Shown here piece after piece: positions 46,670 to 56,118 of a stretch of DNA of 64,000 nucleotides. The first letter of the stretch is position 1. The number at the start of each line of letters is the position of its first letter. The position numbers and the translations under genes were made by a program. The stretch covers positions 5,302-69,301 of the forward strand of contig JAEYNQ010000267.1 in NCBI GenBank assembly GCA_023412455.1, in the 5' to 3' direction. This stretch comes from Bacillota bacterium. Lineage in GTDB: Bacteria > Bacillota > Clostridia > Lachnospirales > Cellulosilyticaceae. The notes below the pieces were generated by a model. That model worked only from the letters and a program-made list of their open reading frames with translations, ran no database searches and was not told the DNA's origin.

Positions 46670-46703
46670 GAAGAAACGTAGAAATGAAAGGTAAACAGAG
46701 AGA

Positions 46704-47645
46704 TTAGTTATTTTTCCTGTTAACTTTGTTGACGACGATAATACCTAGCACGACAAGGAATAAAGCCACTAGATGAATAGGAAGTAGATGTTCGTTAGGG
46801 AGAAGTAGTGCAGTAAGAATAGACCCTGTAATGGGAATAATGAATTTATAGAGAGCCAGTTCACCTACTTTTCTAAACTGTAGAATATAATACCATAAAC
46901 AGAAGGCCACACTTGAAACGAGAGCTAGGTAAACCAAAAGGACGATACTTTTAGGCGTAAAGTGAAGCTTTGTAACATGTCCGCCCATAAGATTTCCGAT
47001 GATAAAAAGAAAAACAGAGCCAATGAACATTTGCCAAGAAGTATACACGATTGAAGGAAGTTCCTTGCCAATGCGTTTAGCGATAAACAGAGCCAAACTA
47101 CTTAAGAGACCAGAACAAAGCATAAAACCTTCCCCAAGTAGACGAAAGCTTAAGAGGCCTTCATTTCCTTTGTCTAGGTTAATAAGAATGAGCCCTAGAA
47201 AGCCTAAAGATAGTCCCGAAAACTTTCTGATAGTAAGCTTGTCATTTTTATAGATGAAATGGGCTAAAATAACAGAAAAGAAAATACCTACTTGTCCTAA
47301 AATAGAAGCTTTTATACCACTGGTATTATTGACGCCAATATTAAAAAAGAAATATTGAAAGGTTGTGCTAAATAGGCCTAATAAGCTAATAAGCCCCCAT
47401 TGCTTTTTAGAGAGTTTAAACAAGGGTGCCCTAGTAATGAGGGCATAAATAAATAAAAAGACAGCAGCCAGCATAAAGCGAAGGCTGATTAAGGTAATAT
47501 TACCACCTAAGTCATTACTTGGGATAGCCATTTCAGCATAAAGAATTTTTAGGACAGGAAAAGGAGTCCCCCATAGAAGGTTACAGAAAATAGCTATACA
47601 GGTTGTTATAATAATAATTTGTGATTGATTTTTTTCTTTTAGCAT
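46704..47645 (-). CDS. EamA/DMT-family transporter
   Basis: It is 313 aa with 10 predicted TM segments in two halves. Confidence 0.72.
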   Translation of the reverse strand: MLKEKNQSQIIIITTCIAIFCNLLWGTPFPVLKILYAEMAIPSNDLGGNITLISLRFMLAAVFLFIYALITRAPLFKLSKKQWGLISLLGLFSTTFQYFFFNIGVNNTSGIKASILGQVGIFFSVILAHFIYKNDKLTIRKFSGLSLGFLGLILINLDKGNEGLLSFRLLGEGFMLCSGLLSSLALFIAKRIGKELPSIVYTSWQMFIGSVFLFIIGNLMGGHVTKLHFTPKSIVLLVYLALVSSVAFCLWYYILQFRKVGELALYKFIIPITGSILTALLLPNEHLLPIHLVALFLVVLGIIVVNKVNRKNN

Positions 47646-47879
47646 TTACAAGCCTCATTTCTTAAGGTTAATATATAATTAATATTAAATAAATTCATAT
47701 CATTAAAAAGAAATAACAAAAAATAACAATTATAAAGAAAATATTCACCTGATAATCATGTATATGTTATAATAAAAGCAAATCTACAACTTTACAAGTC
47801 GTAAGGAGGACGCAGTACAAAACAGTATAACTATAATACAGATTGCAACTGACGTCAAAGTGAATAGGAGATAGTTAGA

Positions 47880-49334
47880 ATGAGCAACAGAAATTTAACC
47901 TTATTAACAGATTTATATCAATTGACAATGATGCAAGGTTATTATGAAAATGATGTGAATAATCATGAGGTAGTGTTTGATCTTTTTTATAGAAATAACC
48001 CCTCCAACAATGGATATGCCATATGTGCAGGATTAGAACAAGCTATAGAGTATATTGAGAACCTGTACTTTAGTGATGAGGATATTGCTTATTTAAAAAG
48101 TTTAAATATGTTTAATGATAGTTTTTTAGAGTATTTAGCAGACTTTAAGTTTACAGGAGATATTGATGCTATTGAAGAAGGAACGGTGGTCTTTCCGGGA
48201 GAACCTTTATTAAGAGTCAAAGCACCTATATTAGAGGCCCAATTTGTAGAAACAGCACTTCTTACCATTATTAACCACCAAAGTCTAATTGCCACTAAAG
48301 CAGCACGAGTGGTAAAAGCAGCTGAAGGAGATGCGGTCTTAGAGTTCGGGTTACGTCGGGCACAAGGGCCTGATGCAGGTGTATATGGGGCGAGAGCGGC
48401 CATTATAGGTGGTTGTAATGCTACTTCCAATGTCTTATGTGGTAAGCTATTTGATGTTCCCGTGGCCGGAACCCATGCCCATAGTTGGGTGATGAGCTTT
48501 AACGAGGAGATTGAAGCCTTTAGAGCCTATGCTAAGCTTTTCCCTAATAAATGTATTTTATTGGTAGATACCTATGATACACTGGAATCAGGTGTTCCCA
48601 ATGCCATTAAAGTGTTTGATGAGATGAAGGCTGCAGGCATACATTCTTCAGCATATGGTATTCGTTTAGATAGTGGAGACCTTGCCTATTTATCTAAAAA
48701 GGCAAGAATTATGCTAGATGAAGCAGGGCACAAAGAAGCCATTATTAGTGCTTCGTGTGACCTAGATGAACTACTTATAGCCGATCTAAAAAGGCAAGGA
48801 GCAAAGATTAGTTTATGGGGAGTAGGAACTAAAATGATTACCTCCTCGGATTGTCCATCTTTTGGAGGAATTTATAAGTTAGCAGCTGAAATAGCAAAGG
48901 ACGGCATTATTATTCCTAAGATAAAGATTTCGGATAATCCAGAAAAAGTCACTAACCCAGGTGTGAAAAAGATTATGAGGGTTTATGACAAGGTAACAGG
49001 CAAGATGATTGTAGATATTTTAGCGCTAGAAGGTGAGAACTTTGATCCTACCCAATCTTTAACATTATTAGAGACAAAGGCACGATGGAAAAAGATAAAG
49101 CTAAAAGCCAATACCTTTATTCTAAAAGAACTATTAGTACCTGTTTATAGACAGGGTAAAAGGGTCTATGCTTCCAAAACGGTTAAACAAATTAAGGCTT
49201 ATGCACAGAAAGAATTAGATACTTTATGGGATGAGTACAAAAGACTTATCAATCCTCAAATTATGTCAGTTGTATTGTCAGATAGACTTTATGAGTTGCG
49301 TCAAAAGATGTTAGAGGACTATAAAAGAGACTAG
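47880..49334 (+). CDS. pncB: Nicotinate phosphoribosyltransferase
   Basis: It has the N-terminal LLTDLYQLTMMQGY and the later GTHAHSWVM motif. It is 484 aa. Confidence 0.88.
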   Translation: MSNRNLTLLTDLYQLTMMQGYYENDVNNHEVVFDLFYRNNPSNNGYAICAGLEQAIEYIENLYFSDEDIAYLKSLNMFNDSFLEYLADFKFTGDIDAIEEGTVVFPGEPLLRVKAPILEAQFVETALLTIINHQSLIATKAARVVKAAEGDAVLEFGLRRAQGPDAGVYGARAAIIGGCNATSNVLCGKLFDVPVAGTHAHSWVMSFNEEIEAFRAYAKLFPNKCILLVDTYDTLESGVPNAIKVFDEMKAAGIHSSAYGIRLDSGDLAYLSKKARIMLDEAGHKEAIISASCDLDELLIADLKRQGAKISLWGVGTKMITSSDCPSFGGIYKLAAEIAKDGIIIPKIKISDNPEKVTNPGVKKIMRVYDKVTGKMIVDILALEGENFDPTQSLTLLETKARWKKIKLKANTFILKELLVPVYRQGKRVYASKTVKQIKAYAQKELDTLWDEYKRLINPQIMSVVLSDRLYELRQKMLEDYKRD

Positions 49335-49343
49335 GAGGGAGCT

Positions 49344-50072
49344 ATGATAAGGAGTATTCAAGTAGTCGGCACTATGATATGGCACCAAATAAAAACATCT
49401 AGAAAGCGGAAAGAGTATACCTATGGGAATAGCAAACATGGCGTGCATGAAAGTAGACAGCAGATTTTTAAGATGGCAAAGTGTATGACTTTAGATATGC
49501 TTAAAGCGGCAGGAACAAAGCTAGAGATAGTAGGTGAGGAGAATCTTCCAGAGAAGGGACCTGTACTTTATGTTGCTAATCACAAAAGTGTATTTGACAC
49601 GGTAATACTCATGAGCCTCTTCAAAGAACCAGGTATATTTATAGGGAAAAAAGAAGTTTCAAAGATGCCTTTAATAGGTAAATGGTTTGAGGATATGGGT
49701 AGTATTTATATTGATAGGGAGGATATTAGACAGTCTTTAAAAGCCATCCTTAAGGGCATTGAAGAGCTTAAAAATGGCCAATCTGTCGTCATTTTTCCTG
49801 AAGGAACAAGAACCTATGGTAAGGACATAAAGCCCTTTAAAGAAGGAAGTTTTAAACTAGCTACTAAAACACGAGTCCCCATTATTCCTATTGCATTTCA
49901 AGATACTTACAAGATTTTAGAAGAGACAAAGGGCATAAAGCAAACAACAGCATATGTAAATATTGGTAAGCCTATTAAGGTAGAGGAACTATCCGAAGCC
50001 GATCAGAAGAATTTAGCTCAATATGTACAAACTATCATACAAGAACTATTGGAGGAAGTGACGAACCTATAA
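49344..50072 (+). CDS. plsC: 1-acyl-sn-glycerol-3-phosphate acyltransferase
   Basis: It has the acyltransferase motifs NHKSVFD and FPEGTR. Confidence 0.8.
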   Translation: MIRSIQVVGTMIWHQIKTSRKRKEYTYGNSKHGVHESRQQIFKMAKCMTLDMLKAAGTKLEIVGEENLPEKGPVLYVANHKSVFDTVILMSLFKEPGIFIGKKEVSKMPLIGKWFEDMGSIYIDREDIRQSLKAILKGIEELKNGQSVVIFPEGTRTYGKDIKPFKEGSFKLATKTRVPIIPIAFQDTYKILEETKGIKQTTAYVNIGKPIKVEELSEADQKNLAQYVQTIIQELLEEVTNL

Positions 50073-50101
50073 TAAAATTATTTATAGAAAGGAAGTGGAT
50101 T

Positions 50102-51505
50102 ATGATTAATTCACATGAATCCTCAAAAGTAGTAGATGAAACAATGACGGTAGAAATGTCTAAAGATAGAATGTTGGGTGTTGTTGAATTCCAAGAACCA
50201 GTAAATGGTGGCAAGAAAATGTCCGCCCATGATATTCAGCAAGAACTACAAAAGAAAGGTATAGTGAGTGGAATTTTACCTGGCATTGTTGAAGAGTTGG
50301 CAAAAGAGAAAAAATACCGTTATAAATATATCGTTGCCAAAGGTGAAGCAGCTCAGGATGGAGAGGATGGAGTACTTACCCTGAATTTTGATATAGAAGA
50401 AATAAAGCATTTAAAACCTAAAGAAAAAGAAGATGGAACAGTAGACTTTAGAGAATTAAGTGCTGTAAGAAATGTTAAAGAAGGGGATTTACTAGCTACC
50501 AGGACAATGGGGACGGAGGGTAAAAATGGCTTCAATATATTGGGACAAGTCATTAAAGCAAAAAGAGGTAAAGAAGTGAGGTTACCTAAAGGTAAAAATA
50601 CCCATACCTCACCAGATGGTTTGGAGTTAATGGCTTCAGTAGATGGTAAGCTAGAGTATGATGGCCATAATATTTATATTAATACGGTCTATCATTTAAG
50701 TGGGGACTTAGATAGCGGTGTAGGAAATATAGACTTTGTGGGAAATGTAGTCATTACAGGGAGTGTTAAATCCGGTTTTACTGTTAAAGCAGAGGGCTCC
50801 ATAGAGGTAAAAGGCTCAGTAGAGGAAGCCACTCTCATAGCTGGTGGCGATATTTTCTTAAGCTATGGAATACAAGGTGGCAATAAGGGAAAATTAGTTT
50901 CAGGTGGTAATGTCATTGCTAAATTTATACAAAATACTTTAGTTGAAGCTAAAGGAGATGTTATTACAGAAGCGATTATGCATTCTAATGTTTCAGCGGG
51001 TAATACGATTCGAGTAGATACTGGTAAAGGACTTATTGTAGGTGGGAGTGTTTCTGCAACCTCTCTTATTTTAGCGCGTAACATTGGTTCTCCTATGGGG
51101 ACGGTAACCAGTGTACAAATTGGGGTACCACCTAATATGTATGAGCAATTTAAAACACTAGAAAAACAAATAGCTGAAGGGAATGCAGATCTTAGAAAGG
51201 TAGAAAAAAGTATTCAATTTCTCTATCTTAAGTCACAGACAGCGTTAGATCCACAAAAACAGATGATGTTAAAAAAACTGATGGATTCTCAAGGGCCTTT
51301 AAGAGAAAGGGTAGAAAAACTTCAAGAAGAGTATAAGCAACTTTCAGAAATTCTTAAAGATGTACAAGATGGAATGATTAAGGTGAGCGACACTGTACAT
51401 CCAGGAGTAAAGGTGACTATAGGTAGCACCATAAAATACATAGATGATGATCAAATACGTTGTACAATTAGGCGTGTAGATGGTGAGATTGTAATCGGTC
51501 TATAA
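50102..51505 (+). CDS. FapA-family (DUF342) protein
   Basis: It has an N-terminal FapA_N-like segment and beta-helix repeats (GNIDFVGNVVITGSV, GSIEVKGSVEEA, GGDIFLSYG), followed by a C-terminal coiled coil. Confidence 0.7.
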   Translation: MINSHESSKVVDETMTVEMSKDRMLGVVEFQEPVNGGKKMSAHDIQQELQKKGIVSGILPGIVEELAKEKKYRYKYIVAKGEAAQDGEDGVLTLNFDIEEIKHLKPKEKEDGTVDFRELSAVRNVKEGDLLATRTMGTEGKNGFNILGQVIKAKRGKEVRLPKGKNTHTSPDGLELMASVDGKLEYDGHNIYINTVYHLSGDLDSGVGNIDFVGNVVITGSVKSGFTVKAEGSIEVKGSVEEATLIAGGDIFLSYGIQGGNKGKLVSGGNVIAKFIQNTLVEAKGDVITEAIMHSNVSAGNTIRVDTGKGLIVGGSVSATSLILARNIGSPMGTVTSVQIGVPPNMYEQFKTLEKQIAEGNADLRKVEKSIQFLYLKSQTALDPQKQMMLKKLMDSQGPLRERVEKLQEEYKQLSEILKDVQDGMIKVSDTVHPGVKVTIGSTIKYIDDDQIRCTIRRVDGEIVIGL

Positions 51506-51622
51506 AAGGGAAATCATAATAAAAAGATTGCTATAAAAGGTGGATAGGCGTAAATAAACGAGCTGCCCTTTATAACAATCTTATTTTTTTGCCATCATAA
51601 ATCCTTTTGTTTAGAAAAGTGA

Positions 51623-53080
51623 CTAAAGAATAGGTGAGAGTAAGCGAGAGATGGACTCCTTAAAATAAATACCAACAGAGCGATTGGCATAGGCATCTTT
51701 TGTAATCTCTTTGCATGCTTTAAGATCTTCAAAGAATATATGAGACAACTCTTTAGCAGTTTCTGAGTTGTAAATAAAGGCATTGATTTCAAAGTTAAGC
51801 TTGAAACTACGCACATCAAAATTAGCAGTTCCGACAGAGGCAATGGTGTCATCTATGATAATGGTTTTTGCGTGTAAAAATCCCTTTTCATAAGTATAGC
51901 AACGTACGCCACAACCAAGTACTTCCCCTATATGGGCGTAAGTGGCCCAATAGACAATCATATGATCAGGTTTATTGGGAATCATAATGCGTACATCTAT
52001 TCCAGAAAGAGCAGCTAGTTTTAAGGCTGTTAGAACAGCTTCATCAGGGATGAAATAGGGAGTCTGAATAAAAATAGATTTTTTGGCAGCATGAATCATT
52101 TGGATATAACCATTTCTTACGCTGGAATATCTAGAGTCTGGCCCACTGGATACGATTTGCATCCCGATAGAACCCAAATGATTGTCTGTTTCAAGAGGAA
52201 TGTAATGATCAAGGGAAAAATCTTCTCTCGTAGCAAAGCGCCGATCCAGTAAAAATTGAAGATTAATAAAACTTATACTGCTTCCTCTAATTTTTAAATG
52301 GGTATCTCGCCAATAACCTAGCTTAGGATTGAGGCCAAGGTATTCGTCCCCTATATTAAAGCCACCTAAGTAAGCTACGCAACCGTCAATAACACATATT
52401 TTACGGTGATTACGATAGTTAGCGCGTAGTTTAAGAAAAGGGATAAAAGAGGGAAAGAAACAGGCTACATGAATGCCAGCTTTACGAAGTTCGTAAAAAT
52501 ATTTTTTTGGGGTAGTAAAGCAGCCCATATCATCATAAAGAATAAAAATTTCTACACCTTCTATGGCCTTTTGGATAAGTAAATCTTTAAACTGTTGCCC
52601 CAAATTATCATCACGAATAATGTAGGACTCCATGTGAATATACTTTTTAGCCTCCTCAATGCTCTTAAAAAGGTCCTCGAATAGGAGCTTCCCATCTGTG
52701 AGAATTTTAAGCGTGTTATCCTCGGTATAAATCGATTCATGGGCATTAAGATTAAGACGAATGAGATTTTCGTAGTTTCGAATAAGTAGGTTGTCGTATT
52801 CTTCTAGATGATGAAGTAAGGAAAAACGTTGGCGTTGCAAAAGCGCAGAAAATCGGTCTTTTTCCTCCTTTTTACTAAAAGTCTTACGTTTTCTCAAATC
52901 CTGTCCCAAGAACAAATACAGTATAAAACCAAAAACAGGGATAAAAAGCATAATCATAATCCAGGCCCAAGTTGTAGTAGGTGGTTTCTTAGAAAAGAAA
53001 ATAAATGACAGGGCAAGGAGTATATTCATATATAAGAAGATGTTTAGCCAAGTATAGTTAAGGGAGAGGATATGTAACAT
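51623..53080 (-). CDS. cls: Cardiolipin synthase
   Basis: It has two N-terminal TM segments and two HKD motifs (HRKICVIDG and LHAKTIIIDD). It is 485 aa. Confidence 0.88.
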   Translation of the reverse strand: MLHILSLNYTWLNIFLYMNILLALSFIFFSKKPPTTTWAWIMIMLFIPVFGFILYLFLGQDLRKRKTFSKKEEKDRFSALLQRQRFSLLHHLEEYDNLLIRNYENLIRLNLNAHESIYTEDNTLKILTDGKLLFEDLFKSIEEAKKYIHMESYIIRDDNLGQQFKDLLIQKAIEGVEIFILYDDMGCFTTPKKYFYELRKAGIHVACFFPSFIPFLKLRANYRNHRKICVIDGCVAYLGGFNIGDEYLGLNPKLGYWRDTHLKIRGSSISFINLQFLLDRRFATREDFSLDHYIPLETDNHLGSIGMQIVSSGPDSRYSSVRNGYIQMIHAAKKSIFIQTPYFIPDEAVLTALKLAALSGIDVRIMIPNKPDHMIVYWATYAHIGEVLGCGVRCYTYEKGFLHAKTIIIDDTIASVGTANFDVRSFKLNFEINAFIYNSETAKELSHIFFEDLKACKEITKDAYANRSVGIYFKESISRLLSPIL

Positions 53081-53215
53081 TTTACACCACCTTAAAAGAG
53101 GATCTTTACATAGTATTATATTATATAAGAAAAATTATTAACACATTGTCTTATAACTTTGGGTATGCTATACTTATCTAAGTTTAACGAAGGACATTTT
53201 AAGGAGGTATGAAGA

Positions 53216-53668
53216 GTGAATTGGACAGTGTTTTGGATTGTGCTTGCAGTAGTTGCTGCGCTATTAGTAGGCCTATATTTCTGGGGGAAAAAGTTACAGG
53301 CCAAGTATGATAGTCAACAGCAGCTGATTAATGAGAATAAGCAAACGGCAACTATATTTGTAATAGATAAAAAGAAAGATAAAGTAGATAATTTAAAGCT
53401 ACCAAAACAAGTAAAAGATGGCTTACCTAAACTTTATAGAAGAAGAAAAATGCCAGTTGTTATTGCTAAAATTGGGCCTCAAATTCAGACCCTTATGTGT
53501 GATGAACGTGTTTATAATGTGATCCCTACTAAAAAGCAGATTAAAGTAGAGCTTGCAGGCATATTAATAGTTAATGTTGTTTCAGGAAAGTTACCAGAGC
53601 CAAAGAAAAAAGGAATACTAGCTAAGGCCAAAGATAAAGTGGCCAATATGACAACGAGTAAAAAGTAA
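53216..53668 (+). CDS. Hypothetical membrane-anchored, Lys-rich protein
   Basis: It has a GTG start after AGGAGG and a single N-terminal TM (VFWIVLAVVAALLVGLYFW). I recognise no family. Confidence 0.5.
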   Translation: MNWTVFWIVLAVVAALLVGLYFWGKKLQAKYDSQQQLINENKQTATIFVIDKKKDKVDNLKLPKQVKDGLPKLYRRRKMPVVIAKIGPQIQTLMCDERVYNVIPTKKQIKVELAGILIVNVVSGKLPEPKKKGILAKAKDKVANMTTSKK

Positions 53669-53684
53669 CATCAGACATTATGTG

Positions 53685-53721
53685 AGGGTAGTCAGGTTTT
53701 TAACCAGACTACTCTATTTTT
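53685..53721 (+). terminator. Rho-independent terminator
   Basis: AGGGTAGTCAGG pairs with CCAGACTACTCT (one mismatch) and is followed by ATTTTTAT. Confidence 0.6.
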
Positions 53722-53795
53722 ATCTTGTAGGAAACTTCGTGTTCTACACTTTCACTACTTCGCGAACCAATACGTGTCCTATGGACACTTTTGTT
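53716..53795 (+). repeat. Dispersed intergenic repeat, copy C
   Basis: It has the core ACACTTTCACTACTTCGCGAACCAATACGTGT, followed by the hairpin GTGTCC-TAT-GGACAC and TTTTGTT. Confidence 0.7.
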
Positions 53796-53918
53796 CTACA
53801 AAGAAGATAATCCAAGATGATGTCTCATAAAAGTAGGACTTTTTACATAAAGTATATCTACAGGAAAAAGTAAAAGAATATAAAATAGCCATGTAAATTA
53901 TTAAAGAAGGGAGGGCAT

Positions 53919-54776
53919 ATGAACAGTAACCGTATTGAATTTATTAAAAAGCTTTGGAAAAGATATGTCTCTCATAATGTAGCTGCTACAAGTGCACAAA
54001 TTGCGTACTATTGGATATTGGCTTTTTTTCCCTTTTTGATTTTTATATTAACATTACTAAGCTATACAAGGATTCCCACTGATTTATTTATCAATAATTT
54101 ATCTAAAGTAGTGCCTGTTGCACTTGTCCCTTTTATTGAAAATACCATTACCCAGTTTATCAGTTATAGAAGTACTACTCTGCTTTCTGTGGGGGTACTT
54201 GTCTCCTTATGGTCAGGAGGAACGGCCGTTAATGCTATGGTAAGAGGAATCCATTTAGCCTATAATTCTAAATACGTAAGGCCCTTTTGGTTAGCCAGAT
54301 TAAGTGGAATAGGCTATACCATTCTATTAGCACTACTGATTATCGTTATGATGGTAGGGATGGTTTTTGGGGATCGAATAGGAAGTTATATTATCTATAG
54401 CCTAGAAATGAACACAGGTGTTTTTATGCCATTATGGAACTTAGGCCGTCGAATTATGACGCCTATAGCCCTACTTATTATACTTTATATTATTTATACC
54501 TTTGTACCAAGAAGATATATTCGCTATAAAAATGTATGGCCAGGGACTTTATTAGCTTCTTTTGGATGGTATATTTTTACGCTATTTTTTTCGATTTATA
54601 TAGATAATTATAGTAAATACAATCAACTTTATGGTAGTATAGGGAGTATATTTATACTGCTTATTTGGTTATATGCTAGCTGCATGTTACTTTTGTTGGG
54701 AGCTGAAGTCAATGCCCTTTATCAAGAAGTAAAACGCATTAAGGCAGTTAGAAAAGTGACAAGTAAAAAAGAATAA
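53919..54776 (+). CDS. YihY/BrkB-family membrane protein
   Basis: It is 285 aa with 6 TM segments. The N-terminal AATSAQIAYYWILAFFPFLIF is typical of the family. Confidence 0.7.
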   Translation: MNSNRIEFIKKLWKRYVSHNVAATSAQIAYYWILAFFPFLIFILTLLSYTRIPTDLFINNLSKVVPVALVPFIENTITQFISYRSTTLLSVGVLVSLWSGGTAVNAMVRGIHLAYNSKYVRPFWLARLSGIGYTILLALLIIVMMVGMVFGDRIGSYIIYSLEMNTGVFMPLWNLGRRIMTPIALLIILYIIYTFVPRRYIRYKNVWPGTLLASFGWYIFTLFFSIYIDNYSKYNQLYGSIGSIFILLIWLYASCMLLLLGAEVNALYQEVKRIKAVRKVTSKKE

Positions 54777-54798
54777 TTGAGTAAAAAGGTGATAAATA

Positions 54799-55410
54799 GT
54801 GAAACCATTAGAAAAAGATTTTTACTTGCAAGATGGGCTCATAGTAGCAAAGGCTCTTTTAGGAAAAAGGCTTATAAGGGAAGTAGATGGTAAGGCGTAT
54901 GCCTTCAAAATTGTAGAAACAGAGGCTTATAGAGGACCAGAGGATAAGGGAGCACATACTTATGGGGGTGTACCTACGCCAAGAACAGAACCTCTCTTTG
55001 AGCCAGGAGGAAGGACCTATATCTACTTGATTTATGGTATGTATAATTGCCTTAATATAGTGGCCAATAGAGAGGGAATTCCTCACGGAGTCCTAATAAG
55101 GGCTATAGAGCCTATAGGAGAAGAAGCTTTAAGTTGGGCAAGACGTAATCGCCCTATTAAGTCTAAGAAGGAGATAGACCTCACAAATGGTCCAGGGAAG
55201 CTTTGCAAAGCCTTGCTCATTGACCGAGAGCTTAATAGGAGGCCTGTTACAGAAAAGGGAGAGATATGGGTAGCTGATGCCCCACCCATTAAAGACATAG
55301 TAGCAGATAAACGCATTAATATTCCCTATGCTGAAGAATATAGAGATGTAGAATGGCGTTTCTATATAAAGGATAATCCTTATGTATCTGTTTTAAAAAA
55401 GGAAGAGTAA
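54799..55410 (+). CDS. DNA-3-methyladenine glycosylase (Mpg/AAG family)
   Basis: It has LLGKRL...IVETEAYRGPEDKGAHTYGG.PT.RTEPLF..GG..YIYLIYGMYNCLNIV. Confidence 0.8.
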   Translation: MKPLEKDFYLQDGLIVAKALLGKRLIREVDGKAYAFKIVETEAYRGPEDKGAHTYGGVPTPRTEPLFEPGGRTYIYLIYGMYNCLNIVANREGIPHGVLIRAIEPIGEEALSWARRNRPIKSKKEIDLTNGPGKLCKALLIDRELNRRPVTEKGEIWVADAPPIKDIVADKRINIPYAEEYRDVEWRFYIKDNPYVSVLKKEE

Positions 55411-55446
55411 GAGCGTGGCATTTTTTTAGAGATAGAGGGAAATAAA

Positions 55447-56118
55447 ATGGAGATTACAGAACAAATGATAAGAGATGCCCTAAGATATATGGGTATTCCC
55501 AAAGGAAAAGAAGACCTAGAGGTTGTGAAAAAAGTGAACACAGTTTATCAAGAACTTGAAAAGATCGCTGTCTTTAAAACAGTACATGAGCTAGTTCCCA
55601 TTACTCAATCATCAGAAGGTGTGTACTTTGAAGGGACTACATTAACCATAAAGAGTCAAGATTTAAGTAGACTTTTTTCACAGTGTAGTGAGGCCTATCT
55701 ATTAGCTGCTACCTTGGGGCAAGAAGTGGATAGATGCATTAATCTCAGACAAAAATTAGATATGTTTGAAGCCTTGGTTTTAGACACGTGTGCTTCTGTT
55801 TTGGTAGATAAGGTATGTGATGACTGGGAAAAGGACATCCAGCAAGAGCTAAAGCCAGGAGAGTTTCTGACCATGCGTTTTAGTCCAGGTTATGGGGATG
55901 TGTCCTTAGAGTGCCAAGGTGAGCTCTTGACTATTTTAAATACAAAAAGGCGTATAGGGCTCACATTGACTCAAACGAATATGCTTTTTCCTACCAAGTC
56001 CATTACAGCTTTTATAGGTGTATCTGAGAAAGAAGAAAAAAAAGAAAAAAATTGTGGGGCATGTAATCTCGTAAAGGGTTGCATGTACAAAAGAAGAGGT
56101 GAACATTGTGGTTTATGA
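55447..56118 (+). CDS. Methionine synthase reactivation (AdoMet-binding activation) domain protein, stand-alone
   Basis: It is 223 aa, contains RFSPGYGD, and overlaps the start of the metH core gene by 20 nt. Confidence 0.6.
   Translation: MEITEQMIRDALRYMGIPKGKEDLEVVKKVNTVYQELEKIAVFKTVHELVPITQSSEGVYFEGTTLTIKSQDLSRLFSQCSEAYLLAATLGQEVDRCINLRQKLDMFEALVLDTCASVLVDKVCDDWEKDIQQELKPGEFLTMRFSPGYGDVSLECQGELLTILNTKRRIGLTLTQTNMLFPTKSITAFIGVSEKEEKKEKNCGACNLVKGCMYKRRGEHCGL

Noticed and set aside
47700-47879. A NAD+ riboswitch or NiaR operator upstream of pncB
   Set aside because: A TGTTATAAT promoter and a ~100-nt leader exist. I see no nadA/pnuC-motif signature and no NiaR-type palindrome, only two loosely similar ACAACT..ACGTC segments.
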